Assembly (NCBI GenBank): GCA_038245785.1
Contig: JBBRSB010000013.1
Span: 1 to 64,000 of the forward strand
Source of the DNA: Gloeobacterales cyanobacterium
Lineage (GTDB): Bacteria > Cyanobacteriota > Cyanobacteriia > Gloeobacterales > PMM-0068
DNA length: 64,000 bases
Reading direction: 5' to 3'
Part shown: one piece after another, positions 47,381 through 57,292 of the stretch
How positions within the stretch are numbered: the stretch's first letter is position 1
Layout: each line of letters starts with the position of its first letter
Notes under the pieces: model-generated
The model's database searches: none
What the model was told of the DNA's origin: nothing
The model's input: only the letters and a program-made list of their open reading frames with translations
Made by a program: the position numbers and the translations under genes

Positions 47381-47441
47381 CCATTAGTAAGGGGGGCAAG
47401 ACCACTCAAAGCGCAAAGTTGACTTTTGGCTGGGGGGATCT
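47381..47441. repeat. REP-like dispersed repeat, copy 1 (interrupted by the MITE)
   Basis: Aligns with the reverse complement of 57765-57840. Confidence 0.75.
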
Positions 47442-47444
47442 GTA

Positions 47445-47816
47445 ATGCCGGATCTGCTGTTGATTATGTTAGGTGGTGCCTTGGGTGCTGTGGCCCGATA
47501 TGGGGTGGGGCTTGGTGCTGCCCAACTTTTTGGCCCAACGTTTCCGATTGGCACGATGTTTATCAATATCAGTGGCTCATTTGTTTTAGGAGTTTTAGTC
47601 TCTCTAAGTGGACCGATGGCGATTGGGCCTAACACTCGTTTGTTTTTGGCAACAGGTTTTTGTGGAGCCTACACAACGTTCAGTACCTTCAGTGTGGAAA
47701 CGTTAAATCTCATGGAAAAAGGAAGCTACGGATTGGCGCTAGTCTATCTTTTAGGAAACCTGGTAGGCGGGATTTTGGCGGCCTGGGCAGGTTTTATTGT
47801 TGCTAGAACCTTATGA
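47445..47816 (+). CDS. crcB: Fluoride efflux channel FluC/CrcB
   Basis: GGALGAVARY, FPIGT..INISGSF, GFCGAYTTFSTF. Confidence 0.95.
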   Translation: MPDLLLIMLGGALGAVARYGVGLGAAQLFGPTFPIGTMFINISGSFVLGVLVSLSGPMAIGPNTRLFLATGFCGAYTTFSTFSVETLNLMEKGSYGLALVYLLGNLVGGILAAWAGFIVARTL

Positions 47817-47867
47817 ATAATAAAGTGTCTATTCTGAGTAAAGCCCTCTAGATGGTGGAGAAAAAAC

Positions 47868-49220
47868 ATGGCTCATGCTTGCTGTGGACCTGGTTATGCC
47901 TCTCCAGAAGAGGCGATGAAGGCAGACCAAGAAAAGCTGCTGTATACCGTTGCGCTGTATGTCGGCACAGGTATTGAAGAACCTGATTATTTGGCAACGG
48001 TCGATGTTGACCCAGGGTCGCCCATGTACACCCAGGTGATCCATCGCCTCCCTATGCCCTATGTCGGGGATGAATTGCATCACTTTGGCTGGAATGCCTG
48101 TAGTTCCTGTCACGGAGATGCCAGCAAGTCGCGCAAGTTTTTAATCCTTCCAGGCATACGTTCCAGCCGTATTTATATAGTGGATACTTCGGAAGCGAAA
48201 GCGCCCAAGATGCATAAGGTAATTGAGCCAGAGGAAATCAAGGAAAAAGCTAATCTCACCGCTCCTCATACCGTGCACTGTTTGGCCAATGGTCAGGTGA
48301 TGATCTCGATGCTAGGAGATAGCGAGGGCAATGGTCCTGGAGGCTTTCTCCTCCTGGATGAAAACTTTGATATTGCGGGGCGCTGGGAACAGCAAGCGGA
48401 TGCGATGAAGTTCAACTATGACTTCTGGTATCAGCCACGTCACAACATCATGGTAAGCAGTGAATGGGCTGCTCCGAAAACGTTTTATCCTGGTTTCGAT
48501 CTCAAGGATGTCTCAGCAGGCAATTATGGACAGCAGCTCCATTTCTGGGACTGGCAGAAGCATGACATCATTCACAGTGTTAACCTGGGTGAAGAAGGCT
48601 TGATTCCGCTGGAAGTGCGCTTTCACCACAATCCCGACAGTACCCACGGCTATGTGGGGGCGGCACTCAGCAGTAATATCTGGCACTGGCACAAGAGCAA
48701 TGGAAATTGGGATGTAAGCAAGGCGGTCGACGTGCCTTCCGTGGACCTGGAAGGCTGGCCTTTCCCCGTTCCTTCTTTGATTACTGATTTGCTCCTGTCT
48801 CTGGATGACCGCTATTTATATTTCTCTAACTGGTTGCATGGGGACATCCGTCAATACGACCTTAGCGATCCGGCACATCCGAAGCTTACGGGGCAGGTTT
48901 GGTGTGGAGGACTTTTGGGAAAAAGTGGGGAAGTCAATGGTCAGAAGTTGGCTGGTGGTCCTCAAATGCTGCAATTGAGTTTGGATGGCAAACGACTCTA
49001 TGTCACCAGTTCTCTCTTCAGTACCTGGGACAATCAGTTCTATCCAGACCTGGCGAAAACAGGTTCCTATATCCTGCAAATTGACTGCGACACGGAAAAT
49101 GGTGGACTTTCTATTAATGAGAACTTCTATGTTGACTTTGGCAAGGAACCTAAGGGTCCTGCCCGTGCTCATGAGATGCGCTATCCAGGAGGAGATGTCA
49201 CCTCTGATATTTGGTTTTAG
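47868..49220 (+). CDS. SBP56 selenium-binding protein / methanethiol oxidase family
   Basis: [53 protein letters not shown]. Confidence 0.92.
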   Translation: MAHACCGPGYASPEEAMKADQEKLLYTVALYVGTGIEEPDYLATVDVDPGSPMYTQVIHRLPMPYVGDELHHFGWNACSSCHGDASKSRKFLILPGIRSSRIYIVDTSEAKAPKMHKVIEPEEIKEKANLTAPHTVHCLANGQVMISMLGDSEGNGPGGFLLLDENFDIAGRWEQQADAMKFNYDFWYQPRHNIMVSSEWAAPKTFYPGFDLKDVSAGNYGQQLHFWDWQKHDIIHSVNLGEEGLIPLEVRFHHNPDSTHGYVGAALSSNIWHWHKSNGNWDVSKAVDVPSVDLEGWPFPVPSLITDLLLSLDDRYLYFSNWLHGDIRQYDLSDPAHPKLTGQVWCGGLLGKSGEVNGQKLAGGPQMLQLSLDGKRLYVTSSLFSTWDNQFYPDLAKTGSYILQIDCDTENGGLSINENFYVDFGKEPKGPARAHEMRYPGGDVTSDIWF

Positions 49221-49229
49221 CAATAACCC

Positions 49230-49427
49230 ATGAAAACGTACCGGATTGAGTTACTTAATCGTAAACGATTACCGTAGAAGTAGCGGAAGACCAATATATT
49301 TTGCAAGCAGTGGAACAGGCTGGATTGCGCTTGCCTGTGGGCTGTTGCTATGGGGCGTGTATCACCTGTGCTGCCAAACTGATTCAAGGGGAAGTAGAAC
49401 AATCTCAGAATATTTGCCTCAAACCAG
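49230..49427 (+). pseudogene. 2Fe-2S ferredoxin pseudogene (frameshifted, 3' end replaced by IS1 remnant)
   Basis: MKTYRIELLNR, then shifted frame TITVEVAEDQYILQAVEQAGLRLPVGCCYGACITCAAKLIQGEVEQS; fourth Cys region missing. Confidence 0.8.
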
Positions 49428-49635
49428 GGCGTTGCACAATGGAGGCATGATTATTGAGATACATGGTCAGGCAGTTACTCTTGATTTCTTCAGGATACCC
49501 TTGAGGGTGATGGGAAACAGTAAATTGCTTGCGGCAGAGGTCACAAATATAGTATTGCATGCCTCGCCGAAAGCCATTTTTTGCGAAATTTTCGGATTGA
49601 CGGGTAGGGCGTCTCATACCTCTATTATGCAACGC
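49428..49635 (-). mobile_element. Internally deleted IS1-family element
   Basis: TIRs GCGTTGCACAATGGAG / CTCTATTATGCAACGC; minus-strand InsA-like N-terminus from ATG 49617: M...KNGFRRGMQYYICDLCRKQF...GYPEEIK..CLTMYLN. Confidence 0.8.
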
Positions 49636-49657
49636 ATGGAATCTGACTGCCTTTGAC

Positions 49658-49686
49658 AAAAACGGGCCCGCCAACCGGCAGGCCCG
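49658..49686 (-). terminator. Intrinsic terminator of katG
   Basis: CGGGCCTGCC-GGTT-GGCGGGCCCG followed by TTTTT on the minus strand. Confidence 0.8.
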
Positions 49687-49712
49687 CTTATATACCGCAA
49701 ACTATGAAGCGG

Positions 49713-51956
49713 TTAGTTGGGCTTCACATCATAGCGGTCGAGCATCATTACCTTATGCCACGCTTTGACGAAGTCCTTGACGAAGCGCTCATGGCCGCCA
49801 CTTTCAGCATAGAACTCTGCCAAGTTGCGTAGTTGCGCATTGGAACCGATTACTAGGTCGCATCGTGTTGCGGTAAACTTGGTCTCGCCAGTCGCGCGGA
49901 CGTTGACCGTGAAGCTTGCGCCATTCTCGTCCGTTTTATTCCACTCGTAATCCATGCTGCACAGATTGACGAAGAAGTCGTTTGTTAGGACGCCAGGACG
50001 GTCGGTGAAAACACCGTGTTTTGACCCGTCATAGTTGGTGTCGAGCACCCGCAGGCCGCCAACCAGCACCGTCCATTCGGGTGCCGTCAGTGTCATCAGC
50101 GCCGCACGGTCGAGAAAGAAGTTTTCTGGCGATACCCGGTCGAACTCGGCCTCGTGGTAGTTGCGAAAGCCGTCAGAAACCGGGCGGAGCCATTCGAACT
50201 GCTCGATGTCGGTCAATTCCTGCGTTGTATCCATGCGACCGGGAATAAAGGGCACAATCACATCCACGCCAGCATTCTTCGCTGCCCGCTCAACAGCTGC
50301 GCAGCCGCCCAGCACAATTAGGTCGGCAACGGAAACCTTCGTCCCGCCGCTAGCTGACGCGTTGAAGTCGGTCATGATCGCCTCAAGTGCGGCGACCACC
50401 TTCTGCACCCGTGGCGGATTATTGACCTCCCAATCTTTCTGCGGGGCCAAGCGAATACGCCCGCCATTGGCACCGCCGCGTTTATCAGTGTTACGGTAGG
50501 TCGCCGCTGAACTCCACGCGACGCTGGCCAATTCAGAGACCGACAAGCCTGAACTCAGGATTTTTTCTTTTAGGTTAGCAATGTCCGATTGGCCGATCAC
50601 TGAATGATCAAGTGGCGGGATTGGATCCTGCCAGGAGAAATCCTCTGGTGCGACGTCGGGTCCGAGATAGCGACTCTTAGGGCCCATATCACGGTGAGTC
50701 AGCTTATACCAAGCCTTTGAAAAAGCATCGGTAAAGGCATCGAAGTCATTGAGGAACTTCTCGCAGGCCTTGCGATATTCGGGATCGATCTTGAGCGCGA
50801 TGTCCGATGTCATCATCATCAGCGGATGGTCAACGCCCGGAAGATGCGCGTCGGGCGTCTTGGGCGCGTTCGGATCGGTCGGCGTCCACTGGATCGCACC
50901 AATCGGGCTGCGCGTCTGTTCCCATTCAAATTTGAACAGGTTCTCCAGATAGCTGTTGTCCCACTGAACCGGATTTGGTGTCCAACTTCCCTCGATCCCA
51001 TTAGTCATAGTATATTCGGCATATCCGGTGCCTTCGGGGTTCATCCAGCCGAGCCCCATCGCCTCTATCGGAGCCGCTTCAGGCGGAGGTCCGATCTTGT
51101 CCTTATCGACCATGCCGTGGCTCTTGCCGAAAGCATGTCCGCCAGCGATCAGCGCTACGGTTTCCTCGTCGTTCATCGCCATTCGCGAAAAGGTGATGCG
51201 AATATCGCGCGCCGAGCCAATCGGATCGCCATTCGCGTAGGGCCCTTCCGGATTGACGTAAATCAACGCCTGATGGGACGCTGCAAGCGGGTTTTCCAGA
51301 TCATAGTCAGCGTCCCCATTCTGGCCGCGCCAACGCTTGTCGCGCGTAACCATCTGGCCATTGTCCCAGCATTCCGGGCCCCAATAGGTCGCATCGTCAG
51401 CCTCCCACGCATCGCGGCGACCGCCGCCAAAGCCTGCCGGCGTCAACCCCATGATTTCCAGCGCACAATTGCCCGTCAGCACCATGAGGTCACCCCAGCT
51501 CAGCGCGGCGCCATATTTCTGCTTGATCGGCCAGAGCAGTCGCCGCGACTTGTCGGTATTGCCGTTGTCCTCCCAGCTGTTGATCGGCGCAAAACGCTGC
51601 ATCGCTTCACCGGCGCCACCGCGACCATCCGCAATGCGGTAGGTGCCGGCAGCATGCCACGCCATGCGCACCATTTGCGGGCCGTAGTGGCCGTAGTCAG
51701 ACGGCCACCAGGATACGGAGGAAGATAGGAACGTCTTGATATCCTGCTTTACCTGGTCGAAGTCGAGCTTGTTGAATTCGGCTGCATAATCGAAATCCTC
51801 GGGTAGCGGATTGGCCTGGGGCCCGTCGCGGTGAAGGATTTCGACGCGCAACCTATTTGGCCACCAATCTTCGAGCGTCGGCTTGAATCCCTGCGCTCCG
51901 CCAATGCGATCGCCGGTAAAAGGGCATTTCCCAGTGGTAATGTCATTCATGATCAT
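49713..51956 (-). CDS. katG: Catalase-peroxidase
   Basis: [54 protein letters not shown]. Confidence 0.97.
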   Translation of the reverse strand: MIMNDITTGKCPFTGDRIGGAQGFKPTLEDWWPNRLRVEILHRDGPQANPLPEDFDYAAEFNKLDFDQVKQDIKTFLSSSVSWWPSDYGHYGPQMVRMAWHAAGTYRIADGRGGAGEAMQRFAPINSWEDNGNTDKSRRLLWPIKQKYGAALSWGDLMVLTGNCALEIMGLTPAGFGGGRRDAWEADDATYWGPECWDNGQMVTRDKRWRGQNGDADYDLENPLAASHQALIYVNPEGPYANGDPIGSARDIRITFSRMAMNDEETVALIAGGHAFGKSHGMVDKDKIGPPPEAAPIEAMGLGWMNPEGTGYAEYTMTNGIEGSWTPNPVQWDNSYLENLFKFEWEQTRSPIGAIQWTPTDPNAPKTPDAHLPGVDHPLMMMTSDIALKIDPEYRKACEKFLNDFDAFTDAFSKAWYKLTHRDMGPKSRYLGPDVAPEDFSWQDPIPPLDHSVIGQSDIANLKEKILSSGLSVSELASVAWSSAATYRNTDKRGGANGGRIRLAPQKDWEVNNPPRVQKVVAALEAIMTDFNASASGGTKVSVADLIVLGGCAAVERAAKNAGVDVIVPFIPGRMDTTQELTDIEQFEWLRPVSDGFRNYHEAEFDRVSPENFFLDRAALMTLTAPEWTVLVGGLRVLDTNYDGSKHGVFTDRPGVLTNDFFVNLCSMDYEWNKTDENGASFTVNVRATGETKFTATRCDLVIGSNAQLRNLAEFYAESGGHERFVKDFVKAWHKVMMLDRYDVKPN

Positions 51957-52282
51957 TGTCTCCTATTCAATCTCTGCGGGTCAGATTCCTCGCCTCTTGC
52001 AGCGCATAGAATCACTTCATCAGAAATGCACTAATGATCCAGCTTAGCTAAACCGCAGGGTTGTGTTGCAAAAAGTATAGTGAGCACCACACTTCCTTAC
52101 AGGAAGTAGTGAATTAGACGGCAACTCCAAAGAGTTCCTTAGTGAAGCAGAGATGTCCCATGACATCCCCTTTTGCAACATTTTTGCTCTGGGCTATGTC
52201 CTGCTCTGCATTACCTATCCTCGTTCCGATTGCCTCTTTGAAGTGGGGGTGGAGTCCCAGGCCGATTTATACATCAATCCCT

Positions 52283-52757
52283 TCAAATAGAGTACTGAAG
52301 CGGGAAAGATTTGACATCTTTCGTTCTAACGAAGACTTCCTGATAGGGTTTCAAATCCAGCTCATCAAACTGGTCACGGGTGAGATTCGCGGTGACAACC
52401 TGTCCATCATCTAGCGCCAACTGCCTGAATTTCCCAGCCCAAGTGCGTGAGACGATTTATCCTAGCCTGTGTAGTTGTGTTCTGTTGCTCTATTTCGATA
52501 ACAATATCGTGGGGACGCAGAAGCACCTAAGTATGGTACAGCTCGTATTCACTGTCTTGAAAGATGCTTGAACTACTAGGCAAAACATTGACAGGGCCAA
52601 TAAAACTCATCACAAAAGGCGTTTTGGGCTGGTCATAAATTTCTCGGGCTGAACCTACCTGCTCAATCTTGCCCTTGTTCATTACAACGATTTCATTGGC
52701 TACTTCCAAAGCTTCTTCCTGGTCATGGGTGACAAATACTGAGGTCACATGAACTTC
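52283..52757 (-). pseudogene. cysA: 3' remnant of sulfate ABC transporter ATPase CysA
   Basis: [20 protein letters not shown]...[19 protein letters not shown], then stops and frameshifts through a TOBE region ending KSFPLQYSI*; Walker A half absent. Confidence 0.8.
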
Positions 52758-52858
52758 AATAGAGGTCTAATGACTAAACATATTAGGCCTGAGCTAGAAA
52801 GTAGCCAAGTAAAAAAAATCGAGGGATAGTATATGGGCGACTTCTATTCGGTGAGCAT

Positions 52859-53359
52859 ATGACCTTAGACGATGAAGCAAGCACCACTCCGCTGATTACG
52901 CCCCATCAGATGAAGCTACTCAGGGCTGTGACTGCGATGGCCTGGGCCGATGGTCAGCTAGAGCCGGGGGAGGCAGAACTGCTCGTAGAATCATTAGCCG
53001 CTCTGTTTGGCCATTTACCCCAAGAATCTTTGAAAGTACAGCTCCGTCAGTTTATTCAACAGAATATTCCCTTAGAAGAAACCGTTCCGAAGATTGAAAC
53101 CCTAGAAGACAAAAAGCTCTTAGTCCAGCTTTCCTATTTAGTAGCTCGTTCCAGCCGCCGTACAGAAGATGAACCCTGGATTAACCAAGAAGAGTCTGAA
53201 GCGTATCAGAAGGTCCTCCATATAGTTCATCTCCCGCATCAAGTTGTTAATCAGCTAGAAGTAGAAGCAGAGCATGTTGCAGACACCCTGGAACACAATC
53301 ATGGGGAAGGAATGAAAAAATTAGTACGGGGTATCCTCGCTTTCTTTGAAGAAGATTAA
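52859..53359 (+). CDS. TerB-family protein
   Basis: AMAWADGQLEPGE motif; helical acidic protein. Confidence 0.8.
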   Translation: MTLDDEASTTPLITPHQMKLLRAVTAMAWADGQLEPGEAELLVESLAALFGHLPQESLKVQLRQFIQQNIPLEETVPKIETLEDKKLLVQLSYLVARSSRRTEDEPWINQEESEAYQKVLHIVHLPHQVVNQLEVEAEHVADTLEHNHGEGMKKLVRGILAFFEED

Positions 53360-53802
53360 GTTGAAAAATGAGCTGTTTTTTGACGCAACTCTAATGCGCA
53401 AGATGTCACTTTTAGAGACATTCTTCCAACACACTCGATCCTATCTGTCAAAGCCAGTGACCAGTGAACATAGTACGTATACTCCGAACGGTACTCAGAA
53501 GTCTGCCTAGCCTCTTCCTCTGCACATTTGGCCGAATCCCTTTTCTACCTATGCGTGAGACGTTTGAGACCCATGCGCCTTAAATAAGAATCAATAGGCA
53601 TAAGTCTGGATAATTTTAGAATAATCCATATAGGTTATGACCTTTTATAACTTTTGGGGGTTCTTTGAACCCCAATCGGGATATTTGCGTCCAAACATCT
53701 GACTTTTTATCACGGGCAAGAAGCGCTTAAGTCGGTATATTCCAGTCAAGACGAGTTGATTTCTGGATTCAAAGAACTTCTCCGAAGGCAAGGTATGTAT
53801 TT

Positions 53803-54444
53803 ATGACTACAAATATAGGCAGCGTCAAGCTGATGTTAGAAGAATTTTACAAAGGACGTGCACTCTGGTCTTATGCCTCTGGCAAGAGAATTCCTCTCTT
53901 TGAAGATGAAGTGTGCATTATTTATCGCGGTATTGTCCGCACACAAACCCTTCAACCTGGAGGAGAAGAATCTATTTTGGGATTTATGGGACCAATGATG
54001 CCTGTGGCGCGGAAATTTACGCTGCTCAATCCCTACGAAGTCCATGCCTTGACGCACGTTGACCTTCTACGCCTTCACTGGGATGAAATCGAGCGGTCTG
54101 ATGATTTGGTGCGAGAGTTGAATCGTTCTTTGATACAGCGTCTTCGCCATACTGAAGTGATGCTTGCTCTATTGAGTAAAAGACAAACTAGTGAGCGATT
54201 GATTGGATTTCTTTCTTTCTTAGCCCAGGAGTATGGCAAAAACACCCCTCAAGGCATACGTATTGAAGTTCAGATGACCCATCAGCAGATAGCCGATGCT
54301 ATCTGTACGACACGAGTTACTGTTACGCGCTTGTTAGGCGTTCTCAGAAAAGCCTCGCTCATTAAAGTGGGCCAAGATCGGGGTATCTACGTCATGGACG
54401 AATTATCGAGTAATCATGACCTTGACTTCTCTCGGATATCCTGA
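53803..54444 (+). CDS. Crp/Fnr-family transcriptional regulator
   Basis: cNMP-like beta-roll; MTHQQIADAICTTRVTVTRLL HTH. Confidence 0.9.
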   Translation: MTTNIGSVKLMLEEFYKGRALWSYASGKRIPLFEDEVCIIYRGIVRTQTLQPGGEESILGFMGPMMPVARKFTLLNPYEVHALTHVDLLRLHWDEIERSDDLVRELNRSLIQRLRHTEVMLALLSKRQTSERLIGFLSFLAQEYGKNTPQGIRIEVQMTHQQIADAICTTRVTVTRLLGVLRKASLIKVGQDRGIYVMDELSSNHDLDFSRIS

Positions 54445-54458
54445 TTAGTATTCAGAGA

Positions 54459-56330
54459 TTATTTGAATTTTTTCCAATCTGTATTGAAAATTGAGGTTCC
54501 AGGAAAGGAGATTGGGTTGCCACTGTCTTGAATCTGTTTTTGGAGTGCCTCTAAAGCCTTACTATCTCCAACATCTTTTACTAAGGTGTAGGGGAAAATG
54601 TCTTGCTTGAGGGCAAAATCAGCGGTATGTCCACCCGCTACACCAATAGACCACTCGGCGGGATGAACCCGATAGGCCCCATTAGTAATGTGGGTAGTTG
54701 CAATATTTTTGGATACCGCTAATAAATTATCAATTTTTTGAGGAATCAGGGCTCTCAGAGGTACTTGGAAAGGATAAGTAACTGAGGGCGCTTGCTCCGC
54801 TTCATAGGGGGACAAGCTGGTATCTGGCTTGATGCACTCATGGAAGTCAATAGGGTAGTGACCGACCCCCACACTGTCATAGAAAATATAGGCTCTTTGC
54901 CGATTTTCATCGTTAGCGCGCTGAGTGATGTCCGTTTCGTAGATTCTGAATCCGTAGGGATGACTGATCGAGGGTCTACCCAGAATCCTGCGTCCCTCCC
55001 GAATGTAGGGATGGCGAGAAAGACCATGAAGCGTGCCCATCGGACTGTCCGCCCCTTTGAGAAAGCGGTAATTTAGATAGAGGTCTTTTTGATATTGAGG
55101 ATTGAGTTTCTGGAGCTCTGGGTCTGAGCGACCTGTTTGAAGCCAGTAGAAATAGCCCAGGGCATGGTCTTCTCCTTTTTTGAGGGCCATAGGACGCAAT
55201 CCTCCTCGCCAATCTTGAAGCTGCCCAGATTTTTCCAATTGTTCTTGAGTCAGGGCTAAGTTGTCATCGGCAGTACCTAGCTTCCAATCATTCCCTCGGT
55301 CCCAGTTCTGCAGAGTTTGATCTCCGATACTAATAGCGTCAAGCTTGGTCCCTGGCAGCTTTCCCTTAATCCTGCGATAGGTAAAGATCTGGGCAAAATC
55401 AAAGATGGGTTTTTCATAGCTGTAGTAGCCTGCACTTAAATTGGAGTCGTAGCCTTCAGGTTTGATCGGGTTCGTCTCAGGTGTATCCGCAGCTTCCATG
55501 ATGAAGGTGTAGGTGAAGCCTTGCGTGCAATAGGGATCGGTGCCTGCAGAACTGGCTCCTGGTTCCCAACGGTTCCCCAAATCGGTACCCAGGGCGTAGG
55601 GTACTCCGGCTAAAGGCAAAAGCTCTCCCGTTTCGGTGGCATCCAAAACCATCCAAGGCAATTTATTATTCTGACGCTCTACCGAGGGTGTAAAACGAAG
55701 GACCTGTTTGTCAAATTTGGCCGAGGATTGAGGACTGTACCAGTCTTCTAAATAGTTAGAGAGGGGTTGGTCGTTGAGTGGACCTTTTGCAACATGGGTA
55801 ATTGCTTCCAGGCTGCGGATCTGTGTCCCTTCCACCTGTAAGCGCTTGATCACCGTATTTGGAAATAATTGCAGCGGTGGGGGACTGCCCGGAACTTTTG
55901 CTTGGAGATAAGGTTCCAACATCGCCCTTAAAATTTGATGTCCATCTTTAGGGGCAAAGCAACTATTGGAAACCCAGCATTTTCCGGGGTTCAACGTTCC
56001 GTAAAAATCAGTAATGCGTTGGCGAAACTCTAGGTAGGTTTTTGGAAACAGGCTGATATCTCGCTGAGAAGGCCGTTCGTCTAAGGCCGAAACGCCCTGC
56101 TGGGTGATCTGCCCACCAACCCAATCGGTCATTTCCGTCATGCAGACCCGTTGGCCTTGTTTCAAGCTTTCTAAGGCTGCGGCAAAGCCACCCAGACCTC
56201 CGCCAGCAATCATCACATTGCAGGAAACAGTTTGAGCTTGAGGTTGAGCGTGAACGGGGGTGTTAAAAGTATCGAAAGCAGCGAAAAATGCCCAACTGCT
56301 TAAACCAAGAGCTAGGAAACGTATATTCAT
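54459..56330 (-). CDS. Secreted FAD-dependent oxidoreductase
   Basis: Signal peptide; GGGLGG, GGQITQQGVSALDE, DATETG, YIREGRR, AYRVHPAEW. Confidence 0.85.
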   Translation of the reverse strand: MNIRFLALGLSSWAFFAAFDTFNTPVHAQPQAQTVSCNVMIAGGGLGGFAAALESLKQGQRVCMTEMTDWVGGQITQQGVSALDERPSQRDISLFPKTYLEFRQRITDFYGTLNPGKCWVSNSCFAPKDGHQILRAMLEPYLQAKVPGSPPPLQLFPNTVIKRLQVEGTQIRSLEAITHVAKGPLNDQPLSNYLEDWYSPQSSAKFDKQVLRFTPSVERQNNKLPWMVLDATETGELLPLAGVPYALGTDLGNRWEPGASSAGTDPYCTQGFTYTFIMEAADTPETNPIKPEGYDSNLSAGYYSYEKPIFDFAQIFTYRRIKGKLPGTKLDAISIGDQTLQNWDRGNDWKLGTADDNLALTQEQLEKSGQLQDWRGGLRPMALKKGEDHALGYFYWLQTGRSDPELQKLNPQYQKDLYLNYRFLKGADSPMGTLHGLSRHPYIREGRRILGRPSISHPYGFRIYETDITQRANDENRQRAYIFYDSVGVGHYPIDFHECIKPDTSLSPYEAEQAPSVTYPFQVPLRALIPQKIDNLLAVSKNIATTHITNGAYRVHPAEWSIGVAGGHTADFALKQDIFPYTLVKDVGDSKALEALQKQIQDSGNPISFPGTSIFNTDWKKFK

Positions 56331-56402
56331 GAGTTGATTGTAAAGGCAGAGGGGGTCGTTCTGGACTTAGGTCATTTCAACCTTTTGAGAAGAATTCAGG
56401 GT

Positions 56403-56774
56403 TTACTTGGGGCTGGCTACGGGTTCTAAAGAGGCAGAGATAGCTTCCAGTCCCCGTTCTCCAGTACGAATGCGGATGACTTCGCTAATCGGAGAAACAA
56501 AGACTTTGCCATCTCCGATCGAGCCTGTGCGAGCTGTCCGTGCAATCAAAGCAACGACCTGCTCTGTCATATCTTCAGGCACCACCGTTTCAATTCTCAG
56601 TTTTGACAAGAACTCTGCAGCATACTTGGCACCCCGAAAGGAGAGATAGTGCCCCTTCTGACGCCCAAACCCTTCAACCACCGTCACGGTCATTCCCTCT
56701 ACACCCGCCTCCACCAAAGCATCTTTAACTGCAGTTAACTGACTTGGTTGAATAATGGCTTCGATCTTATTCAT
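56403..56774 (-). CDS. glnB: PII-family nitrogen regulator (atypical T-loop)
   Basis: GMTV, GFGRQKG, K58, TGxIGDGKVF, RIRTGE. Confidence 0.85.
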   Translation of the reverse strand: MNKIEAIIQPSQLTAVKDALVEAGVEGMTVTVVEGFGRQKGHYLSFRGAKYAAEFLSKLRIETVVPEDMTEQVVALIARTARTGSIGDGKVFVSPISEVIRIRTGERGLEAISASLEPVASPK

Positions 56775-56781
56775 AGTTTTC

Positions 56782-56795
56782 GTATTTTATGCTAC
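56782..56795. promoter_or_regulatory. NtcA box 2 (GTA-N8-TAC) in the PII leader
   Basis: Minus strand reads tGTAGCATAAAATAC, 7 nt before the ATG. Confidence 0.55.
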
Positions 56796-56803
56796 AGAAT
56801 TAT

Positions 56804-56846
56804 ATTCTAGTTTGCCCATTGACGTAGGGTAGGTAAAGGAAGTTAC
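56804..56846 (-). promoter_or_regulatory. Class II NtcA-type promoter of the PII gene
   Basis: ttttGTAACTTCCTTTAC (56846-56833), 23-nt spacer, TAGAAT (56809-56804). Confidence 0.65.
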
Positions 56847-56875
56847 AAAACAAAATTAATTTTGTTTATTCTGAA

Positions 56876-57292
56876 ATGACAGTGTCACGTCACGGTCAAG
56901 TGATGAAAATTTTTGCGTTGAGACTCAATCCAAACCAAGACTTAAAATTTGAGCTGAAGAAATTCACTGCAGAAAATGACCTGCGTGCTGGGTTTATCTT
57001 GACCACGGTGGGTTCTTTAAAGAAAGCTGAAGTGAGACTGGCTAACGAAAAAGAGAGCACAAGTTTTGAAGAAAATTTTGAGATTATCTCTTTAGTTGGC
57101 ACCCTCTGCCGCGAGGGCTTACATCTCCATATAGGTTTGGCAAATGCGAAAGGAACTGTGATTGGAGGGCACGTTGAAGAGGGCTGTATCGTTTACACCA
57201 CCGCTGAAATTGTGATCGGAGAAAGCACAAATCATACGTTTTGTAGAGTGCTTGATCCTGAAACAGGTTTCTATGAGTTAGAGATCAGATGA
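56876..57292 (+). CDS. PPC/DUF296 domain protein
   Basis: VGSL, FEIISLVGT, HLHI, IGGHV. Confidence 0.9.
   Translation: MTVSRHGQVMKIFALRLNPNQDLKFELKKFTAENDLRAGFILTTVGSLKKAEVRLANEKESTSFEENFEIISLVGTLCREGLHLHIGLANAKGTVIGGHVEEGCIVYTTAEIVIGESTNHTFCRVLDPETGFYELEIR

Noticed and set aside
47122..47445. 107-aa ORF upstream of crcB
   Set aside because: Made of MITE and repeat sequence
49246..49656. 136-aa plus-strand ORF
   Set aside because: Off-frame read through the ferredoxin pseudogene and antisense IS1 remnant
50826..51728. 300-aa plus-strand ORF
   Set aside because: Antisense shadow of GC-rich katG
53470..53497. LexA box near AGTACGTATACT
   Set aside because: Does not fit the cyanobacterial RGTAC-N3-DGTWC spacing and lies more than 300 bp from the next start
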